A stretch of DNA of 64,000 nucleotides from Candidatus Rifleibacterium amylolyticum (GTDB lineage: Bacteria; Muiribacteriota; Ozemobacteria; Ozemobacterales; Ozemobacteraceae): the NCBI GenBank assembly GCA_009917695.1, contig JAACJG010000004.1, forward strand, positions 211,321 through 275,320. Direction: 5' to 3'. Under the pieces are notes generated by a model. It saw only the letters and a list, made by a program, of their open reading frames with translations. It was not told the origin of the DNA and made no database searches. A program made the position numbers and the translations under genes. Of the stretch, positions 49,097 to 57,889 are shown one piece after another; position 1 is the first letter of the stretch; every line of letters starts with the position of its first letter.

Positions 49097-49402
49097 TTAA
49101 TCATCTTCAGTCTTGACCAGTTTTTGCCATTTCAGAGGATTTTGTCTCAGATGCATGAATGCGTAGACGACAATCTCTTTGTCTGTATGGCGATATATCA
49201 TTGCGTAAGGAAACCTGTTCAACAGGCATCTTCTGGTTGTTTCTATAAAATGAGGCCAGGCATCAGGATACGCCGCTATTCTTCTCAGACACTCCCTTGC
49301 TTCGGCGGCAAGATCGTATCCGAGCCCCGGGTATTGTTCGTTGTAGTAATCCACTGCCGCTGCCAATTCAGCTTCAGCACACGACAGGATGCGAACTTTC
49401 AT
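49097..49402 (-). CDS. RelE/ParE family toxin
   Basis: AEAELAAAVDYYNEQYPGLG, RRCLLNRFPY.MIY, AFMHLRQNP..W. Confidence 0.9.
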   Translation of the reverse strand: MKVRILSCAEAELAAAVDYYNEQYPGLGYDLAAEARECLRRIAAYPDAWPHFIETTRRCLLNRFPYAMIYRHTDKEIVVYAFMHLRQNPLKWQKLVKTEDD

Positions 49403-49623
49403 CGCTTTGCCAGTCGTTTGAAGACATTTTCAGATGAATCCGCTGTTATCTTTCCGGCATCATAGGCGGCAACCCTGTCCTTGACTTCTTTCTTCCATTT
49501 TTTCTCAAATGTCGCATCGTATATCGACGAGAAACTGAAAAACAGCCGGTTCAACAGCTCTGCCCGGTCGACCGGGTCAAGTTGCATCGCATCTTTTAAA
49601 ACAGCTTCCAAGCCTGTTACCAT
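49399..49623 (-). CDS. Addiction-module antitoxin (TIGR02574-like)
   Basis: QLDPVDRAELL...W..EV..R..AY..GK pattern; 4-bp overlap with the toxin. Confidence 0.85.
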   Translation of the reverse strand: MVTGLEAVLKDAMQLDPVDRAELLNRLFFSFSSIYDATFEKKWKKEVKDRVAAYDAGKITADSSENVFKRLAKR

Positions 49624-49817
49624 TTCGCTCTTCCTTTATCAAACTACATTAATTATAACATCTGCCATAAGCAAGATCAATTCAGTAAAACGGTGCAGTC
49701 TGCAAAAATCACGCAGAAATATTTTCCCCAAATCGTTTTTCAGCTGATTAACATATGGAGTGTCAATGGCAACACCGCTTGCCCGCTCCAGAATGCCGAA
49801 TTTTGAAGGAAGAATAT

Positions 49818-50846
49818 ATGACAGGAACTTATATTGGCCAGGATGTCGAGCCAAAGATCTACTCGATACTCAATGACTTTGCCTTTCAGTGGATATTCGG
49901 GCGCGAGGGCAACGAAAAGCTTACCATCAGTCTGCTGAACGCGATTCTGCGATTCGAAGACGACCGGCGCATCGAAGAGTTGCACTATCTCAACCCGTTC
50001 AACATGCGGCGCTTCAGAAGAGACAAGCTGACGGTTGTAGATGTTAAGGCCCGCGACTGCCGGGGGCGCTGGTATAACATCGAGGCCCAGGCCTGCGAAC
50101 ATGAGGCTTATATTGCCAGAACCGCATATTATGTGGCTAAGCTCTATTCGAGTCAGATCTTCGCCGGCGACAATTGCACCGCTTTGAACTCGGCGACGAG
50201 TATTTCGATCATGAACTTCGACCTGTTCGAAAACTCTGATCAGGTTCACGAAATATTCGAACTGCGCAATCGTAACGGCCAGCTGGTTCTTGATAACAGC
50301 ATGTCGCTGCATTATATAGACCTGACCAAATTCAACCGTGACAAGCCGCGTTCTCTGCGCACGCCATTTGAAAAGTGGCTCGATCTGATGAAATTTTCTC
50401 ACATTTACGGTAAAATAGGAGTAGAGATACCGCCATATCTCGACGAGGAGGTTTACGCCATGGCAATCGCCCAGCACCGACAACTCAATGCCAACGAAAA
50501 AATGCGTCGCCGCATGGAAGAGCGCGAGCGCTGCGAACTTGATATAGCTCTAATCCGCGGTGCCGCCTACGATAAAGGCGTTGCTCGCGGCCACTCTCTC
50601 GGCAAAACAGAAGGTCTGATAGAAGGCCTGGCAAAAGGCAAAATAGAAGGCAAAGCAGAAGGCAGGGGAGAAGGAGCTGCTGGCGTTATCAAAACTGTTC
50701 TTGTTTCGCGCTTTGGGGAAGTGCCCGCCGAACTTCTTGCGCGCATCGATGAGGTCAGCGTCCTTGCAGCTTTGCAGCAACTGGCGGCTGCAGCAGCCAC
50801 CGCCAACAGTCTCGACGACTTCGCAGCTCACCTGCCTCCGGTTTGA
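49818..50846 (+). CDS. Rpn family PD-(D/E)XK nuclease, copy 1
   Basis: NDFAFQWIFG, VDVKARD..GRWYNIEAQ, EG repeats, RFGEVP C-domain. Confidence 0.9.
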   Translation: MTGTYIGQDVEPKIYSILNDFAFQWIFGREGNEKLTISLLNAILRFEDDRRIEELHYLNPFNMRRFRRDKLTVVDVKARDCRGRWYNIEAQACEHEAYIARTAYYVAKLYSSQIFAGDNCTALNSATSISIMNFDLFENSDQVHEIFELRNRNGQLVLDNSMSLHYIDLTKFNRDKPRSLRTPFEKWLDLMKFSHIYGKIGVEIPPYLDEEVYAMAIAQHRQLNANEKMRRRMEERERCELDIALIRGAAYDKGVARGHSLGKTEGLIEGLAKGKIEGKAEGRGEGAAGVIKTVLVSRFGEVPAELLARIDEVSVLAALQQLAAAAATANSLDDFAAHLPPV

Positions 50847-50990
50847 GCTGAAAAGACAAACCGCCGATGCGACAATTTCGCACAATAATGCCGGAAGATT
50901 TCACGCAGAGCTGCTGAGACATAGAGGCGCAAGTTTACTGCCCGTCACTGGTCGGATCGTTCGCGAGTCATAGGAAGTAACGATTTTGCA

Positions 50991-51443
50991 CTATTGTGGC
51001 TTTGGACTGATCAGTTTGTATTTCTGTAGAGATTCGCCGGGAGTCATTATCGGGATTGGAAAATTTTTCTGCACTTCAGGGTTCAGGATATGTTTGCGGT
51101 CGAGTGAGATCAGAATATCGGCTTTGCCCTTTATGGCGCCGGCCAGAACGTGGGTATCCTTAGCATGTGTAAATTTTTGCCACGTTTCATTTTCCTGGCT
51201 GTTAGGGCTATCTACCAGAAGCAGCGGGAGCGGTTCGAGTGTTTTGAAAAACCATTGCCAGAGAGCATGGCCGAGAAGGTCGATGATATTGCTCTGCGCT
51301 TCGTTAAGGATTTTGGCAGTTGCCAGCAGTAGAATTTTCTTTTCAGCAGCTACTGCGAGCAGGCGCGCACTGCCGCCGGCTGGAGAGTTTGCGGCGGTTA
51401 CCAGAATGCAGGCATCCAGAAACAGTCTGGGCTTTTCCTTCAT
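50991..51443 (-). CDS. PIN-domain toxin
   Basis: FLDACILV, E, KDTHVL..A, ISLDRKH acidic PIN residues. Confidence 0.88.
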   Translation of the reverse strand: MKEKPRLFLDACILVTAANSPAGGSARLLAVAAEKKILLLATAKILNEAQSNIIDLLGHALWQWFFKTLEPLPLLLVDSPNSQENETWQKFTHAKDTHVLAGAIKGKADILISLDRKHILNPEVQKNFPIPIMTPGESLQKYKLISPKPQ

Positions 51444-51688
51444 ATCTGATCTTCGCGAGTGAATTCATCAAGCTGTTTTTTCGTATAACGCCGCAGTTTT
51501 TCGGAACTCTCTGCCGTTAGCAGCAGCTGGTATGCTTCGGCAAATGAGGTCTCTCTGACGCCTTTCTGTCGGGTGATTATCTGAATAGCTTTCATAAGCA
51601 GTTCAGACATGCTGATTCCTGTCGTTGCCGACAAGATCTTGAGTTCCCGGTGAGTTTCTTCAGACAGGCGCAGGGTAAGCGTTTTCAT
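51440..51688 (-). CDS. Ribbon-helix-helix antitoxin
   Basis: MKTLTLRLSEETHRELK...GISMSELL; GGAGG SD; 4-bp overlap with the PIN gene. Confidence 0.8.
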   Translation of the reverse strand: MKTLTLRLSEETHRELKILSATTGISMSELLMKAIQIITRQKGVRETSFAEAYQLLLTAESSEKLRRYTKKQLDEFTREDQI

Positions 51689-51722
51689 GGTGACCTCCAG
51701 ACCAAAACAATTCTCTAATATA

Positions 51723-51756
51723 AGTATAGCATGATTGATAAAACATTCAATCATGC
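51723..51756 (-). promoter_or_regulatory. TA promoter overlapped by an operator palindrome
   Basis: Perfect 10-bp inverted repeat GCATGATTGA-N8-TCAATCATGC over TTGAAT-N16-TATACT on the minus strand. Confidence 0.7.
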
Positions 51757-51772
51757 AAATTATCAGACACAA

Positions 51773-51910
51773 AATCGGCGTCAGGATCGTGCTGAAACGC
51801 CAGCGTAGGCGGAGATTCGCGCAATCAGCGGTTTGATTATTCGGAGAGGCTGAATGTCAATGAAGAGACTTAACTACCGCCAGCAATGAAGTAAGGTGTC
51901 CCCCGAACCC
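51773..51910 (+). repeat. Island direct repeat R1
   Basis: ...GAGATTCGCGCAATC.GCGGTT...TTATTCGG...GCTGAATGT...GAAGAGA...AGTAAGGTGTCCCCCGAACCC. Confidence 0.85.
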
Positions 51911-52090
51911 AATTTGCGCGCCATTTCTGCGGCGCAAATGTATAAGGCCATCCATGGCCAAAAAGCCGCAGCTCTGAGGTTAATCTCACTGTTCGACAAC
52001 GATTTCAGCACTTATTGCCAGGATACAGGCTTTGCATTATACTGAACCATACTGAATTTTGTTGTGAAATGCGCATAGCGAGGTATTTCA

Positions 52091-53032
52091 ATGCAACCGG
52101 CTATTTATCTCAATCCCTTTACCGACTTTGGCTTCAAAAAGCTGTTTGGCGAAGAATACAACAAAGATCTGCTGATCGACTTCCTCAACCAGCTTCTCAA
52201 AAAAGAGCAGGGCCGTATCAAAACTCTGACTTACCTCAAAAACGAGCACCTCGGCCGCTCCGAAGCCGATCGCCGCGCCGTTTACGACCTTTACTGCGAG
52301 AATGAACAGGGCGAGAAATTTATCGTTGAGATACAGAAGTCAAAACAGAAGTTCTTCAAGGATCGCGCACTTTATTATTCGACTTTTCCGATCGCAGAGC
52401 AGGGAAAGGTCGGCGATTGGGATTTCGAGCTGAAAGCTGTCTATACCGTTGCGATTCTTGACTTTGTCTTCGACGAAGACAGATGCGATGCTGAGAAGTA
52501 TCGTTACGACGTCAAACTCACCGATATCGAAACTTACAAGGTTTTCTACGACAAGCTGACTTTTGTATACCTTGAAATGCCCAAATTCGAGAAAACTCTC
52601 GAAGAACTCGAAACTCGCTTTGACAAATGGCTCTATGTACTGAAAAACCTTGAGCGCCTGCACGATATCCCCGAAAAGCTCAAGGATCGTATCTTCAGAA
52701 AACTGTTCGCCGCCGCCGAAATAGCCAAATTCACTCCTGAAGAGGCCAGAGCCTACGAAGACAGCCTGAAGGTTTACCGTGACCTCAAGAATTCAATCGA
52801 CACTGCCCGCGAAGAAGGCCGTGAAGAAGGTCGCGAAGAAGGTATTGCACAAGTTGCGAAAAATCTGCTGCGAATGGGTCAGTCTATTGTAGACGTGAGC
52901 AAAGCAACTGGTTTATCACTCGAAGCCCTCGATAAAATACAGGCTTCAGATGGCAACAGCGTAAAAGAACCCGCCGCACCCTACAAAACCACCAGAAAGC
53001 CCAAAAAACCGTCAGTCCGTTTTAAAAAGTAA
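52091..53032 (+). CDS. Rpn family PD-(D/E)XK nuclease, copy 2
   Basis: YLNPFTDFGFKKLFG, YDLYCENEQGEKFIVEIQK, EEGREEGREEG. Confidence 0.92.
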   Translation: MQPAIYLNPFTDFGFKKLFGEEYNKDLLIDFLNQLLKKEQGRIKTLTYLKNEHLGRSEADRRAVYDLYCENEQGEKFIVEIQKSKQKFFKDRALYYSTFPIAEQGKVGDWDFELKAVYTVAILDFVFDEDRCDAEKYRYDVKLTDIETYKVFYDKLTFVYLEMPKFEKTLEELETRFDKWLYVLKNLERLHDIPEKLKDRIFRKLFAAAEIAKFTPEEARAYEDSLKVYRDLKNSIDTAREEGREEGREEGIAQVAKNLLRMGQSIVDVSKATGLSLEALDKIQASDGNSVKEPAAPYKTTRKPKKPSVRFKK

Positions 53033-53118
53033 TCTGCGGTTGCTGTTATTCGGGGGGGCTGAATGTTCTGAAGAGATCTAACTGCTGCCAGCATTTAGTA
53101 AGGTGTCCCCCCGAGCCC
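53031..53118 (+). repeat. Island direct repeat R2 (short copy)
   Basis: AATCTGCGGTTGCTGTTATTCGGGGGGGCTGAATGTTCTGAAGAGAT...AGTAAGGTGTCCCCCCGAGCCC. Confidence 0.85.
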
Positions 53119-53148
53119 AGATGTCAGATTCTGTAACCTGTTACTTTT

Positions 53149-53370
53149 TCAGGCTACGAGTCTGGCGTTTGCAATCTCTTTTGGGCCAATGACCCTTAGT
53201 TGCGAAGCTTTAAGCGTTAAAACCGCCAGAGTTTCGCCTGACAGTGTCGTGAATTCAACCTCATAACCTTTGCCGGCATGTTCAAGAACTTCTGCGCCGA
53301 TATCTCCTGCCAACAGGCCATGCTCGGGCAGATCTACGGCCAGAGCAACTATATCCAGCTCTTTGATCAT
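53149..53370 (-). CDS. DUF4926 protein
   Basis: MIKELDIVALAVDLPEHGLLAGDIG...GYEVEF..L.GETLAV. Confidence 0.85.
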   Translation of the reverse strand: MIKELDIVALAVDLPEHGLLAGDIGAEVLEHAGKGYEVEFTTLSGETLAVLTLKASQLRVIGPKEIANARLVA

Positions 53371-53471
53371 CTTTTCAGCTCCTTGAGGATGGGTAAAGGA
53401 TATGCGGTTACCAGTCTGGGTGTTTGTTCGCCGTGTTCGATAAACCATATCGCTTTTACTAATGGCTTTCT
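53367..53471 (-). pseudogene. 3' remnant of a DUF6883-type gene
   Basis: Reads RKPLVKAIWFIEHGEQTPRLVTAYP...stop, overlapping the DUF4926 ATG (ATGA); no recognisable N-terminal part upstream. Confidence 0.65.
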
Positions 53472-53519
53472 AATACTTGCTTTCTGCCGCTTCACTGAAA
53501 ATAAAAAAGACTCGTTAAC

Positions 53520-53660
53520 AATCTGCGCCAGGATCGCGCCGAAGAGGCAACGTAGGCGGGAGAGATTCGCGCAATCCGCGGTTGCTGTTATTCGGGGGGC
53601 TGAATGTTCTGAAGAGATTCAACTGCCTTCAGTGATTAAGTAAGATGTCCCCCGAACCCC
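53520..53660 (+). repeat. Island direct repeat R3
   Basis: Full-length match to R1 and core match to R2. Confidence 0.85.
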
Positions 53661-53979
53661 AGGCGACTCACCGACACTCGGCCATCCATGGCCTTCGGTC
53701 GCGGCGCACGAAATCCGGGCTGCGCCTTTGATACTCACCCATCCATGGCCTTCGCGGGGAGGTTCTGCCGATGAAGCAGTCTCATCGTTAACTGGACAGT
53801 TGCGTTTAGAACAGTGTTTTTGATCTGAAATCGTTGGCGAAATCTGCGTCAATTAGCACAATCAAGGGTTTGCAGCCGTTGTCGGCATTTTCATTGCCGC
53901 AAATACAATATTTGTAATATAGGTGCAGCTGGTTATTTGTCTGAAACTATTAGAAAAAGCTATGCTTTGCGCATTTCTA

Positions 53980-54675
53980 TCAGCGTGATTTGATAACAGT
54001 TGCCTGAGTGGCGATACATTGAACGCCTTCGCCATCAAGTATATTGTTAGGATCATTTGCTGAAATTGTGTCACTGCCTGTTTGAAAAGCCGGATTCCCA
54101 GCGAAGTCCATTGCAAGCGTAACTGTCATATCGTAACTTGAAGTTGCCGCACTGGTAAATGTGTTGGGCGGATTATTGGAAAAAATAAAATCTGCGGGGG
54201 TAAGCGTTGTTACATCTGAGACTAAGGGTCGAGTGAGGCGCAAAATAAGATTATCGCCGGTATCGACAACCAGTGAGCGGTTGGCGTCTTCCCAGAATGC
54301 TCTCGATATGGCTAGAGGAGGTCGAAAATAGACCACTACCTCGTCACCGGTGTTGTGAATGCGGTCTGGTCCAAATGAATAACAGGTAGATGATGCTGGT
54401 GATATGGCGTATGGCCTGCCCCAAGGATCGGCTGTCGCTTTGTTCATGTAGGGGCCAACCAGACCCGATGTGTCGGTTTTATCATATGGTCTGCTCTGAT
54501 CAGTTTCGAAGCGGATCAATGCGTTTCTGATCTCATCGAGATCCTGCTTGGCTCTAGAATTTCTAGAATCTTCAACATATTGCTGAACGTAAGGCAATAC
54601 AGCACCAGCGAGTATGGCAATAATGGTAATGACGATCAGCAGTTCGATCAGTGTGAAACCATTTTTATTCATCAT
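53980..54675 (-). CDS. GspG-like prepilin with C-terminal extension (array member 7)
   Basis: G|FTLIELL, DPWGRPY, WEDANRSLVVDTGDNLILRL. Confidence 0.9.
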   Translation of the reverse strand: MMNKNGFTLIELLIVITIIAILAGAVLPYVQQYVEDSRNSRAKQDLDEIRNALIRFETDQSRPYDKTDTSGLVGPYMNKATADPWGRPYAISPASSTCYSFGPDRIHNTGDEVVVYFRPPLAISRAFWEDANRSLVVDTGDNLILRLTRPLVSDVTTLTPADFIFSNNPPNTFTSAATSSYDMTVTLAMDFAGNPAFQTGSDTISANDPNNILDGEGVQCIATQATVIKSR

Positions 54676-54686
54676 TATTCAGTCCT

Positions 54687-54726
54687 AAAAACATTTCTGA
54701 CGGTATTGCTACCGTCAGAAATGTTT
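54687..54726 (-). terminator. 17-bp perfect hairpin terminator/attenuator inside the pilin array
   Basis: AAACATTTCTGACGGTA-TTGC-TACCGTCAGAAATGTTT. Confidence 0.85.
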
Positions 54727-54733
54727 GCTAAGT

Positions 54734-55513
54734 TTACAGTGCCTTAATTACAACAGGGTTTAATTTTGATTTATTGCCAAGCGGCGCGTCGGTTGGTGCT
54801 TCGACGGCGTTATATGGTAGTGATACTGCTTGGTCTACCGCATTAGTAGATGTTTCCAATACTCTGATAGTATCGCGTCCAGGAGTGAAGGTGGCTACGC
54901 CGAAATCAGTTACTGTCCAGATGCATTCGCGAAAATCAGTGCCTGCGACTGACGTGAAAGTAAGTGTGGAAGGCGCACCATTCGTATCGACCACAAACTC
55001 CGCTCCAGTCAATGTTGTTGGATCAGTCAGTTCTCTGGTGAAACGAACCTTCATAAGGTCGCCGGATGAAACCGAGCCATCTTTATTGGCGTCGATATAT
55101 GTTACCCTTGATAATGCCATTGGTGCGCGAAAATCTACTGCGATATCATCTGCGGTTCCCGCTATCGTTCCTGTATTTGCCTGTGGGGTGTAGTCCGTAG
55201 CGCGGTCGGGACCATATGAAAATACAACAGAGGCTGATGCGCAGATCTTATAAGGTGTACCCCACGGGTCTGCAAGAGTTTTGCTCAGGTATGGGCCGAC
55301 GAGATTCGTAAGATCTTGTTCTGTCCAGAGCTTACCTGTGTCGAGTTCATAACGCAGAAGAGCGTTCTTGATTTCATCCAGATCGGCTCGAACCTTAGAT
55401 ACACGCGCATCTTCAACGTAGTCAGAGACATACGGGATGGCGGCGCCCGCGAGGATCGCGATGATCGTGATAACGATCAACAGTTCAATGAGTGTAAAAC
55501 CTTTTCTTAGCAT
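54734..55513 (-). CDS. GspG-like prepilin with C-terminal extension (member 6; candidate major subunit)
   Basis: G|FTLIELL, DPWGTPY, YIDANKDGSVSSGDLMKVRF; AGGAGG SD. Confidence 0.9.
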   Translation of the reverse strand: MLRKGFTLIELLIVITIIAILAGAAIPYVSDYVEDARVSKVRADLDEIKNALLRYELDTGKLWTEQDLTNLVGPYLSKTLADPWGTPYKICASASVVFSYGPDRATDYTPQANTGTIAGTADDIAVDFRAPMALSRVTYIDANKDGSVSSGDLMKVRFTRELTDPTTLTGAEFVVDTNGAPSTLTFTSVAGTDFRECIWTVTDFGVATFTPGRDTIRVLETSTNAVDQAVSLPYNAVEAPTDAPLGNKSKLNPVVIKAL

Positions 55514-55671
55514 GTTGATGCCCTCCTGAAAATTTTGATTCCCAAACTTATAGAACCAGATCAACTTATGCAGGATAAACCGCCTGCCCGGACTAATACC
55601 CTTACAATATATAAAGATTTCTTTTTTATTTTCAACCCCGAATAAATATTAGCAATAACCGTACCACTTAA

Positions 55672-56391
55672 TCACTGCGGCAGAATTCTAACCGCCTGGC
55701 TGCCGATACATAGATTCCCTGCCATATCTGCAAGTGTAGCATGGGTGTAATCAATTTCAATACTGTCAGAGCCAGGCACGAATGCATTGTCTACCAGTAC
55801 GCTGTATACAAGTGTCCGGCTGGCAACCATTTTGAGGGAAGTCTCTTCGAACAGGCCAGAGAATAATGTGCTGGTGCCATTTACGACAAAATACCCGTCT
55901 ATAGCGTTATTATTCAAATCTGCTTCAAGATTGATTAGCTTTCTGCTGAAAGTCAGCTGAATAGTGTCAGAAGCATTTTGTGTATCAACTGCACCAGACT
56001 GGTTCCGGTCAACCCACTTGGCACTGACAAGCGCCAGCGGTGGTTGATATGGACCTTGTATGTTGTCTTCCGTGGTGGTTGTGTCTCGGTCTGGACCTCC
56101 TGATATAACTAAACCAGAATCCGTTGCAATGAGATATGGTCTTCCCCAGGGGTCTATAGGAGCTTTGTTGAGATAGCGTCCGGTCAGATCAGTTACATCG
56201 CCTTTGACATATTCGCCTTCGCGAGTTTCGTATACTGCAAGAGCGCGTGCAATTTCCTCAAGGTCCGTTTTTGCTTTTGCAATACGCGATTCCTCAACGT
56301 AATTTTGAACGTATGGAAGGGCAGCGCCGGCAAGAACGGCAAGAATTGTGATTACAACCAGCAGTTCGATAAGAGTGAAGCCTTTTTTCAT
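55672..56391 (-). CDS. GspG-like prepilin (member 5)
   Basis: G|FTLIELL, DPWGRPY, WVDRNQSGAVD. Confidence 0.9.
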   Translation of the reverse strand: MKKGFTLIELLVVITILAVLAGAALPYVQNYVEESRIAKAKTDLEEIARALAVYETREGEYVKGDVTDLTGRYLNKAPIDPWGRPYLIATDSGLVISGGPDRDTTTTEDNIQGPYQPPLALVSAKWVDRNQSGAVDTQNASDTIQLTFSRKLINLEADLNNNAIDGYFVVNGTSTLFSGLFEETSLKMVASRTLVYSVLVDNAFVPGSDSIEIDYTHATLADMAGNLCIGSQAVRILPQ

Positions 56392-56406
56392 ACTTTCTCC
56401 TTGAGG

Positions 56407-57126
56407 CTATTGTGGCAAAATCACAACAGGCTGACTGGCGATACAGAGATTGTTTGCCATATCGGCTAAGGTTGCGTGTGTGTAGTCTATTTCAATACTG
56501 TCAGAGCCAGGCACGAAAGCGTTGTCGACCAGTACATTGTAAACCAACGTCCTGCTGGCAACTATTTTGAGGGAAGTATCTTCGAACAGGCCGGAAAATA
56601 GTGTGCTTGTGCCATTTACGACAAAATATCCGTCAATGGCGTTATTATTCAAATCAACCTCGAGATTGCTGAGTTTTCTACTGAACGTAAGCTGAATAGT
56701 GTCAGAAGCATTTTGTGTATCAACAGCACCTGACTGGTTGCGATCTACCCACTTTGCACTGACAAGAGCCAATGGCGGCTGATAAGGTCCCTGGATGTTA
56801 TCTTCTGTGGTTGCCGTATCGCGGTCTGGCCCGCCCGAAATTACCAACCCCGAATCTGTAGCTATGAGATAGGGTCTTCCCCATGGGTCAATGGGAGCTT
56901 TATTAAGATAGCGGCCGGTCAGGTCTGTTACATCACCTTTGACGTATTCGCCTTCCCGTGTTTCGTATACAGCCAGAGCGCGAGCTATTTCTTCGAGGTC
57001 TGTTTTTGCCTTAGCAATGCGCGATTCCTCAACGTAATTCTGGACATACGGCAGTGCCGCCCCAGCTAGAACTGCTAGGATAGTGATTACAACAAGAAGT
57101 TCTATAAGTGTGAAACCTTTTTTCAT
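56407..57126 (-). CDS. GspG-like prepilin (member 4; 229/239 aa identical to member 5)
   Basis: Same motifs; direct comparison of the two translations. Confidence 0.9.
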   Translation of the reverse strand: MKKGFTLIELLVVITILAVLAGAALPYVQNYVEESRIAKAKTDLEEIARALAVYETREGEYVKGDVTDLTGRYLNKAPIDPWGRPYLIATDSGLVISGGPDRDTATTEDNIQGPYQPPLALVSAKWVDRNQSGAVDTQNASDTIQLTFSRKLSNLEVDLNNNAIDGYFVVNGTSTLFSGLFEDTSLKIVASRTLVYNVLVDNAFVPGSDSIEIDYTHATLADMANNLCIASQPVVILPQ

Positions 57127-57140
57127 AACATACCTCTCTA

Positions 57141-57863
57141 TTACTGGGGAAGGATGAGAACTGGCTGGCTACCTATGCATTGATTGCCGGCGGCGTCCAG
57201 TAGTGTGGTGTGATTAGATTTGATCTGTACGCTGTCTGAACCAGGGACAAAGGCGTTATCCAGCAGAACATTATATACTACAGTTTTGCTTGCTACAATC
57301 TTTGCGCTGGTCTCTTCAAATAGTGTTGCGAAGGCTGTTGTAGTGCCGAGCATGCTGAAGTAATTGTTTGCGCTGGAATCAAAAAGACCCTGTGTCGATG
57401 GCGCGAGTATGCGGCTGAATGTTAACTGGATAGCGTCGCTGGCATTTTGAATGTCTACCGCGCCAGACTGGTTTCTATCAACCCATTTGGCACTTACTAA
57501 GGCGAGAGGCGGCTGGTAAGGAACCTGTATGTTGTCTTCAGTGGATGTGACCAATCGGTCTGGGCCACCAGAAATGACAAGACCCGAATCAGTGGCGATC
57601 GTATATGGACGACCCCAGGGATCAATGGGAGCTTTGTTGAGGTAGCGGCCGGTGAGATCGGCAACCGTTCCTTTGGTGTAATCGCCTTCGCGAGTCTCGT
57701 AGACTGCAAGGGCGCGGGCGATTTCTTCGAGGTCGGTTTTGGCTTTGGCGATTCTTGATTCGGCGACGTAGTTCTGCACGTAGGGCAGAGCGGCGCCGGC
57801 CAGGATCGCCAGGATGGTGATGACCACCAGCAGTTCGATCAGTGTAAAGCCTCGTTTTATCAT
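57141..57863 (-). CDS. GspG-like prepilin (member 3)
   Basis: MIKRG|FTLIELL, DPWGRPY, WVDRNQSGAVD; GAGG SD. Confidence 0.9.
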   Translation of the reverse strand: MIKRGFTLIELLVVITILAILAGAALPYVQNYVAESRIAKAKTDLEEIARALAVYETREGDYTKGTVADLTGRYLNKAPIDPWGRPYTIATDSGLVISGGPDRLVTSTEDNIQVPYQPPLALVSAKWVDRNQSGAVDIQNASDAIQLTFSRILAPSTQGLFDSSANNYFSMLGTTTAFATLFEETSAKIVASKTVVYNVLLDNAFVPGSDSVQIKSNHTTLLDAAGNQCIGSQPVLILPQ

Positions 57864-57889
57864 AACTTCCTCAATCTCCTTCGGATATA

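Noticed and set aside
49818-53032. Rpn genes as IS transposases
   Set aside because: No terminal inverted repeats or target duplications; the family is better explained as nuclease/TA
51773-53660. Direct repeats R1-R3 as a CRISPR array or integron attC sites
   Set aside because: Units are 88-140 bp and separated by whole genes; no cas or intI gene; I found no clear RYYYAAC/GTTRRRY ends
55672-57126. Twin pilins as a DGR template/variable repeat pair
   Set aside because: Differences are third-position synonymous and not adenine-specific; no reverse transcriptase in the window
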